Shown here piece by piece: positions 36,501 through 41,545 of a stretch of DNA of 41,545 bases. Under the pieces are notes generated by a model. It worked only from the letters and a program-made list of their open reading frames with translations, was not told where the DNA came from and made no database searches. Positions within the stretch are counted from its first letter, which is position 1; each line of letters opens with the position of its first letter. The DNA lies in sequence record SRR20825010_6051; one strand, written 5' to 3'. A program made the position numbers and the translations under genes.

Positions 36501-39348
36501 GGGTCGCGACCGCGTCGGTGAGCAGACCAGCTGGGCACCGCGCAACGTGCAGGCCGCAGAGTTCGTCGCGGTCAAGCTGCGCCCCGGCGACAACAGGTTG
36601 ACGCTGGTCGGTCGGGATGGCTTTGGCATCGAGCGGATGCGCCACGAAATCACTGTGACCGCCCCCGGCGACCCGGCGCGGATCGAGATCACCACCCCCG
36701 CCGAGGCCAGCGCCGACCCGGTCACTGGCGTGCCTGTGGTGGTGCGTATCCTTGACGCGCGTGGCCTGCCGGTGCCAGCCTCGGCCACCGTGACGCTGGG
36801 CGCGGACCGCGCGCTGTGGGACGTGACCGACATCCGCCCCGGCACCCCCGGCGTGCAGGCCTATATCGACAATGGCGAGGCGACCTTTACCCTGATCCCG
36901 CCGCAGGTTTCGGGCCCCGACCTGGTGACCGTGACCAGCGGCTTTGCCAAGGCCGAGGCGCGCATTGTCTTCACCCCCAATCTGGATGAGCGCATCATGA
37001 TCGGCGTGATCGAAGGCGCCGTCTCTCTGGGGGGAAAGACCGGTGGCGCGCTGCTGGACAAGGATGAGTTCAACCACTTCGAGGAAACCGCCACCGGCCT
37101 GCGCGGTGAGCTCTACCTCAAGGGTGCGATCCGCGGCGATGCCTTGCTGACACTGCGCTACAGCTCTGATCAGGACACGGAGGACCGGCTGTTCCGCGAC
37201 ATCCGCAGCGACGAATACTACCCGGTCTACGGTGACAACTCTGAACGCGGCTGGGACGCACAGTCTGCGTCGAACCTCTACATCAAGGTCGAGAAGGGCC
37301 GGTCCTACGTCCTTTATGGCGATATCGCGATCCAGCCCGAGGCACCGTCGTTCAAGCTGGGCGGGATGCAGCGCGTGGCCACCGGGGCCAAGGCCCACTG
37401 GGAAAACGACCGCGTTGCCGTCACTGTCTTTGCCGCCCGCACCGCGCAAGAGCAGCAGATCGTTGAATTCGCCGGACGCGGTATCTCAGGTCCCTATGAC
37501 CTGACCCTCGACGGGTACGTTGACGGCTCCGAGCGAGTCGAGATCCTGGTCCGCGACGAGGACGGCGGCGACATCATCAGCACCACCTCGCTGCGGCGGG
37601 GAACAGACTACATCCTGGATTTTTTCCGCGACACGATCACCTTTGACGACCCGGTCCGCCAGTTTGACTTTGACGGCAATCCGGTTTCGGTCCGCGTGAC
37701 CTACGAGGTCGAGCGCGCGGACGCCGAACGCTATTGGCTCTATGGGGGCGAGGTGAACTATGCCGCCAGTGACCGCACCAGCCTCGGCGTCCGCGCGGTG
37801 CATGCCGACGCCCGCCGCGGCAATCCGGCCCGCCAGCGCCTGCAATCGGCATATGTGCGTCACGAAACCCTTGGGGGTGGTGTCTGGGAGGCCGAGATCG
37901 CTCGGTCCGTGGACCAGGATGAGGTCAGCGATACCGCGCTACGTCTGTCCTATGACATCCGGACCGAGACAGAGCGGCTGTCTTTCGAGGCAATCCACAC
38001 CGGGCGCGATTTCATGTTCGGGGGGCTGGCGCGCCCGGGAACCACTCAAATGCGCCTGGCCTACGGGCTCGAGATCGACCGAAAGAGCGACCTGCAACTG
38101 GCGGCGGAATATGTCCGTGACCGTTATAAAGACAGTGCGCGCACCGCGCTGGACGCAACTTACTCCCGCCGTTTCAGCGAGGGGTTCCGCGGCGATATCG
38201 GCTTGGAATTGGCCCGCACCGACCGCGAGGGTCGCGTCGACGATCAGGTGGCCCTGCTGTTGGGCGGCCAGTGGACCCCGACAAACCGCGCGGGCGTCTC
38301 GATGCGCGCCCTGCTACGCCTGCCCTTCGCAGGTGACAACCGTGATCCGGCAGAGCTGACCTTGGGCATGACCCACGACGTCAAGCCCGGCTGGCGCGTC
38401 CACAACGAGATGGAGCTGAGCTTTGGCGATGACATGCTGATGACCCGCGCCCGCTATGGCATGGAATACCAGCTGAACGATTGGTTGTCGGGCACCACCG
38501 ATTTCAGTCGGGCCTCTGGCGAAGCCGAGGAAACCTGGCATCAGGGCATCGCGGCGGTTTGGCAGGTCAACGATCTGACGACCCTGCGCACCGACATCGA
38601 GCATTCGCGCGGCGCGCAGACAGGGTCGGACGCGCTGACCAGCATCGCGCTGGGGGCCAAGTGGCACGATGGCTTGGAATCGCTTGTCGGCGACGCGGAT
38701 TTCGATGTCACCTTCGAAGACGAGGGCAACACTTACTATGCCAGCCTCGGCATGGCAGCGCAGGTGAACGAGGATTGGACGGTGTTGGGCCGCACCCGCA
38801 TCGCCATCGACCAGCGCAACGGCGACGACCACCTGCGCACCCGGACCCGCATGGGCGCCTCTTATCGCCCGGTCAAAGACCCGCGTCTGGATGTGCTGGC
38901 GTGGTATGAGCATCGGCTGGACGAAAAGCACGGCCGCACCGAGACGCATTTGTGGTCCGTCGACGCCAGCTATGAGGCCGATGAGGATCTGCGTCTAAAC
39001 GGCAAGTATGCCGGTCAGCATCAGGCGGTTTCGGGCAATGGCTTTGCTGCGACAACCACCACACAGCTGGTTCAGGCCGGCGCCTATATCGATTTTGCCG
39101 ACGACCGGTTCCAGCTTGGCCTGAATGCGGCGAGCCTCTGGGACAGCCGCGGCGGCAGCACCACCGGTGTGGGGGCCGAGATAGGGTTCTCTCCCGCAGA
39201 GGGAGCCTTGCTGGCCATCGGCTACAACGCCGTCGATTCCCGCGTCGCGGGGATGTCTGACCTCTATCAGGATGGCGTGTACTTCCGCTTCAACCTGCTG
39301 CTGGACGACAGCCTGTGGGATCGATTGGACGGGTTTCTTGGCGATTGA
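33556..39348 (+). CDS. Large outer-membrane protein: DUF11 and SdrD-B/Ig domains plus a large C-terminal predicted beta-barrel
   Basis: AAGGAG RBS; signal peptide; two complete DUF11 domains; GTVFMDCDGNG...PGIPGV...TDRNGKYS; long amphipathic beta-strand region ending GVYFRFNL. Confidence 0.85.
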   Translation: MRSFLRFARLGVTSFLVLTAVILSLALTTDTSASPQPAGSIIRNIAQVTYFDTERGILVTLESNAVEARISVVPAFEVSGRDVLLLARGALDQFTFRIRNTGNITLEVTPTLSASGAVNLRLNPRLFVDLNGNGVVDAGEPELSEADTLEIATGLYVDVIHTFQVAPGAGPGETFDVTLNASARPIFTTDPDGEGEVSRITGEGLGRVEIVSATLEITKSQALQPGADQTRVLYQLGLRNDSDAPVAGYSEIDGMPLRIDDTVVTGVLLRDAIPLNARFDRIDATAGLTALYHRAGNPEHHYTTAAPAKATEIDAVAFFFAGDFPMGYAADLGFSVIVDAALGTVEVDNTARAFLPATDGVAQILSNRVSTALYPSAEGAMGFIDPDSRLNVATSELDSNLITRLVSGACNLTTGIDTIEVTLQSLHSGDIEVSIARETGPNTGVFEIASLPVTEMAVPRTRDGVMASYRGDTIRAEARCGGQLLTASLLIAPGNFVFDAITNDPVEGVGVSLIDASTSIEVARVETDARGYFAFGDIEAGTYRYEIVEAPEWSFPSVRADFRGFGRIITDAAFGGGFAHSGGLLSDSDIPVDPFYGVPVALQKSADRERVTQGAFVTYTLELTNNMRQALVGAEIFDRAPYGLSLVKGSVTLDGARIGDPTRDRDGDLLFSIGDIAPLDIVELSYVMSVGAAAREGKLENTALLSGRQAGTGTLMQSAPARAMVRLDNSGGVFSRQGTVVGTVFMDCDGNGIQGDWREPGIPGVRIVTQEGLFVVTDRNGKYSLPGMRPVTHAFQVQAATLPEGTKVTVTRTNDLRRGGSRIVPLRRGELRTENFAVEACTPAALSEIKVRRIHFDTTTAPDTLRATDMPIEGARNPQRSTRIEAGVSTTTQLSTAMMAAMQAEKDGKAGPDGAVSPRRAALSVKARTARRPLESMVKSLDPEPGFIDIKDGDILTHRTQNIRVKGKADLTLGLLLNGRAMGRDRVGEQTSWAPRNVQAAEFVAVKLRPGDNRLTLVGRDGFGIERMRHEITVTAPGDPARIEITTPAEASADPVTGVPVVVRILDARGLPVPASATVTLGADRALWDVTDIRPGTPGVQAYIDNGEATFTLIPPQVSGPDLVTVTSGFAKAEARIVFTPNLDERIMIGVIEGAVSLGGKTGGALLDKDEFNHFEETATGLRGELYLKGAIRGDALLTLRYSSDQDTEDRLFRDIRSDEYYPVYGDNSERGWDAQSASNLYIKVEKGRSYVLYGDIAIQPEAPSFKLGGMQRVATGAKAHWENDRVAVTVFAARTAQEQQIVEFAGRGISGPYDLTLDGYVDGSERVEILVRDEDGGDIISTTSLRRGTDYILDFFRDTITFDDPVRQFDFDGNPVSVRVTYEVERADAERYWLYGGEVNYAASDRTSLGVRAVHADARRGNPARQRLQSAYVRHETLGGGVWEAEIARSVDQDEVSDTALRLSYDIRTETERLSFEAIHTGRDFMFGGLARPGTTQMRLAYGLEIDRKSDLQLAAEYVRDRYKDSARTALDATYSRRFSEGFRGDIGLELARTDREGRVDDQVALLLGGQWTPTNRAGVSMRALLRLPFAGDNRDPAELTLGMTHDVKPGWRVHNEMELSFGDDMLMTRARYGMEYQLNDWLSGTTDFSRASGEAEETWHQGIAAVWQVNDLTTLRTDIEHSRGAQTGSDALTSIALGAKWHDGLESLVGDADFDVTFEDEGNTYYASLGMAAQVNEDWTVLGRTRIAIDQRNGDDHLRTRTRMGASYRPVKDPRLDVLAWYEHRLDEKHGRTETHLWSVDASYEADEDLRLNGKYAGQHQAVSGNGFAATTTTQLVQAGAYIDFADDRFQLGLNAASLWDSRGGSTTGVGAEIGFSPAEGALLAIGYNAVDSRVAGMSDLYQDGVYFRFNLLLDDSLWDRLDGFLGD

Positions 39349-39372
39349 CGGGACCACGATAGCCAAGAAAAG

Positions 39373-39412
39373 GGCCACACCGCGCAGCGCATCCGCGGTG
39401 TGGTCCACTTTT
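39373..39412 (+). terminator. Hairpin/possible terminator after the barrel gene
   Basis: GGCCACACCGCG-N9-CGCGGTGTGGTC with ACTTTT downstream and AAGAAAA upstream. Confidence 0.55.
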
Positions 39413-39552
39413 ATCCGCACCCCGGTATCGGTCATGCGCCGGGAAGCACAGCCACCTATACGATAGCGGTGTTTTGTAGCTGTTTGCACCGCCCGCCACC
39501 AAACCCCCGGTTTTTATGATGCCCCTGCCCACATGGATCAGGAGCATGAAAA

Positions 39553-40254
39553 ATGAAAACGACGTCTTTGACCCATGTGCTGGGTCTTGTGGTTACCTTG
39601 AGTGCAGGCGGCGCTCAGGGTCAGCAGGTCCTGTTTGGGATTTCCGACATTCGCGGCGACGGCCAGATCCAATTCGGGCTGGACCTCGGGCAAAGCGCGG
39701 CACCCATCTTCATCGACCGGTCAGAGCCTGCGGCAGAGCCAGAACGCGCGCCTTTCATCTCTTCCCGCTCGGGCGATCGATCCTCGCGGCTTTTGGATCT
39801 GATCGGCCATGCAGAGGCCAGTGGCGCTGGCTATGACAGCGTGCAACACGGCACGCGCACGAAGCCCGCGAAGCGCCCGACCGACATGACGATCGCCGAG
39901 ATACTTGACTGGATCGAAGCCACCCCTGGCCAACCCCACGCGATCGGGCGCTACCAGTTCATCCCCAAGACGCTGCGGGCTCTCGTGCGGCGCGGCGGGA
40001 TCGGTCGGCAGGATCGGTTTACACCCGCGCTTCAGGATCATCTTGCAAACATGCTGCTCGAGGATGCCGGCTACAGCGCCTTCGTGTCCGGGCAGCTTTC
40101 ACAGAAGCGTTTCATGTACAATCTGGCCGGGATCTGGGCCGGATTGCCGCTGCCCTCGGGGCGCTCACGCTATCATGGCTACGCGGGCAATCACGCCACC
40201 ATCAGCTGGAACACCTACAACAGCGAGGTCACGCGCATCTTTTCACGCCGCTAA
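39553..40254 (+). CDS. Secreted lysozyme-superfamily (lambda-R-like) muramidase/lytic transglycosylase
   Basis: Signal peptide; LLDLIGHAEA (putative catalytic Glu), AIGRYQFIPKTL, FTPALQD, LAGIWAGLP. Confidence 0.75.
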   Translation: MKTTSLTHVLGLVVTLSAGGAQGQQVLFGISDIRGDGQIQFGLDLGQSAAPIFIDRSEPAAEPERAPFISSRSGDRSSRLLDLIGHAEASGAGYDSVQHGTRTKPAKRPTDMTIAEILDWIEATPGQPHAIGRYQFIPKTLRALVRRGGIGRQDRFTPALQDHLANMLLEDAGYSAFVSGQLSQKRFMYNLAGIWAGLPLPSGRSRYHGYAGNHATISWNTYNSEVTRIFSRR

Positions 40255-41159
40255 ACCTAACTGAACAGGTGTGGCCAGACATACGCATTGCTGTGCGGCG
40301 GTGACGCTTTTGCAGGTGGGGCCAAGGGTCGGCATCAAACCGTGACAGGTCCATCTGGCCTCAGGTCATCCTGAAAATAGACTTTTCCGGACAAGATTGA
40401 GCTTGAAAAATCCGGCTCGTTCATCCCCCGGAAGGACGACCTGAACATCAAATTGGTAAACTCTGGACAGCGTATCATTCGGCAAGCCATGAGGACAGTC
40501 GATAGAGAAGATCGCTGAACGACGAGGGCCGCGCAATCCTCCGGTTCAAGGGCAGCACCTGACCGCAATGAATGCGCCTAACACGCCAAACTTGGCGCGA
40601 CCGCAGTCCTTCCCAAACGACACCAAAACCGAAAATTGGTAAACCCGCCGTCGGCGTGGCACCTTCATAACGGTAACCCCAGTGCGTTATGTAAGATCAT
40701 TCAATAATGGGGGAGGCAACGTTTTCTACAATGATTGACTCAAATGGCGTCTTTTGGCCCTGAAGCGTATCAGATTTGACCTGCAACAGATCCGACGCTC
40801 TTTTCCGTTTGGCAGGCACAGTATCACGCACTGCCGAGATGTCCGGATTTTTTACAGGCAATCCTGCATCAGTTGATCCCGCCGTTTGGGTCTCAAAAAT
40901 CAAATGGGTTACTTTCCTTTTCCAAGGACACGTTGTCATGCAGCGATCTGAAAGCGCCGCTTGGTCCGGTGCCCCATGTCTCAACACCGGACAACACCCC
41001 GGACAACTCCTCGCCCGTTACCATGCTCTGCTTTTCCAGTTTTGCGGCAAGTTGTTCGCCGACATTCCGGTTGGCCCGTAAGATCGCGGTTGTTGTTGCA
41101 TCTGCGGCTGTCAAATGCTGCTGGATCCGGCGCTGAAGGTGATGGAATTACAGGGCGGC

Positions 41160-41256
41160 GTGCGCTGCAAAAAGCGTTACATCGTCCGCGAAATCTACCG
41201 CGCTCTCTGCGCCACACCGGACCTAGTTCCTGCCGCTTGACAAATATAGGAGCATC
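41160..41256 (+). mobile_element. IS110-family transposase 3' remnant and right end
   Basis: VRCKKRYIVREIYRALCATPDLVPAA* (cf. RCLKRYxAREIY), then GCTTGACAAATATAGGAGCATC. Confidence 0.7.
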
Positions 41257-41513
41257 AATGCCCTCGCCGAAAGCATCATTGGCCTCTTCAAGACCGAGGT
41301 CATCAAGTGCCTCGGCCCTTGGAAGTCTGCCGGACAGATCGAGTGGGAAACGCTGAAATGGACCGACTGGTACAACAACACTCGCCTTCACAGCGCCATC
41401 GGCTACATCACGCCGCAAGAAGCAAAGGAGGCATTCTACGCAAGCTTGAATGCGGCCGAAAAAGCAGCCTAATCATTGAACCAGAAGCTATCCGGCAAAC
41501 CCGGGGTGGCTCA
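41257..41513 (+). mobile_element. IS3-family (IS51-group-like) transposase C-terminal fragment with right inverted repeat
   Basis: NALAESIIGLFKTEVI...GPWK...EWETLKWTDWYNNTRLHSAIGYITP...AA*; IRR TCCGGCAAACCCGGGGTGGCTCA. Confidence 0.85.
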
Positions 41514-41545
41514 GATTGCAACAACGGATCTTGACTGATCGTGTC

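Noticed and set aside
20704-39348. Reading the DUF11 proteins as sortase pilins, autotransporters, T1SS adhesins or a classical chaperone-usher system
   Set aside because: No LPXTG motif or sortase, no RTX repeats, no ~300-aa autotransporter barrel, and no recognisable PapD/PapC motifs; all four proteins have Sec-type signal peptides
40335-40987. Short ORFs in the AT-richer region after the muramidase
   Set aside because: No motifs and atypical codon usage; left unannotated
1-41545. CRISPR array, intact tRNA/rRNA, intact transposase or integrase, phage genes
   Set aside because: No regularly spaced repeats or complete RNA gene structures were seen; all IS-related sequences are fragments

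Overview
GC-rich alphaproteobacterial (Rhodobacteraceae-like) DNA in three blocks. (1) 1-4041: a GT2 glycosyltransferase divergent from an RTX/DUF4214-containing kexin-like S8 protease. (2) ~4050-20033: a more AT-rich junction carrying a possible degenerate tRNA-Arg(CCG) att remnant, then an aromatic/hydroaromatic acid catabolic cluster. It encodes a 4,5-dihydroxyphthalate decarboxylase-like protein, two LysR regulators, a ThDP enzyme, a PhdK-like aldehyde dehydrogenase, a GMC oxidoreductase, AroQ, an SDR, a TIM-barrel protein, EamA, an RraA/LigK-like aldolase and TctCBA. (3) ~20050-41545: a region scattered with IS remnants that encodes four secreted DUF11-type proteins, a hybrid kinase/NarL two-component system, a candidate sRNA and a secreted muramidase. 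The main observation is that the DUF11 proteins carry complementary split domains: N-terminal Asn-bearing 'donor' strands and C-terminal Lys/Asp 'acceptor' domains that lack those strands. Their distribution fits tip adhesin / shaft pilin / outer-membrane barrel anchor / inactive cap-chaperone. This suggests a sortase-independent, donor-strand-complemented and possibly isopeptide-crosslinked pilus in a Gram-negative bacterium. All calls come from motif recognition by eye; no database searches were run.
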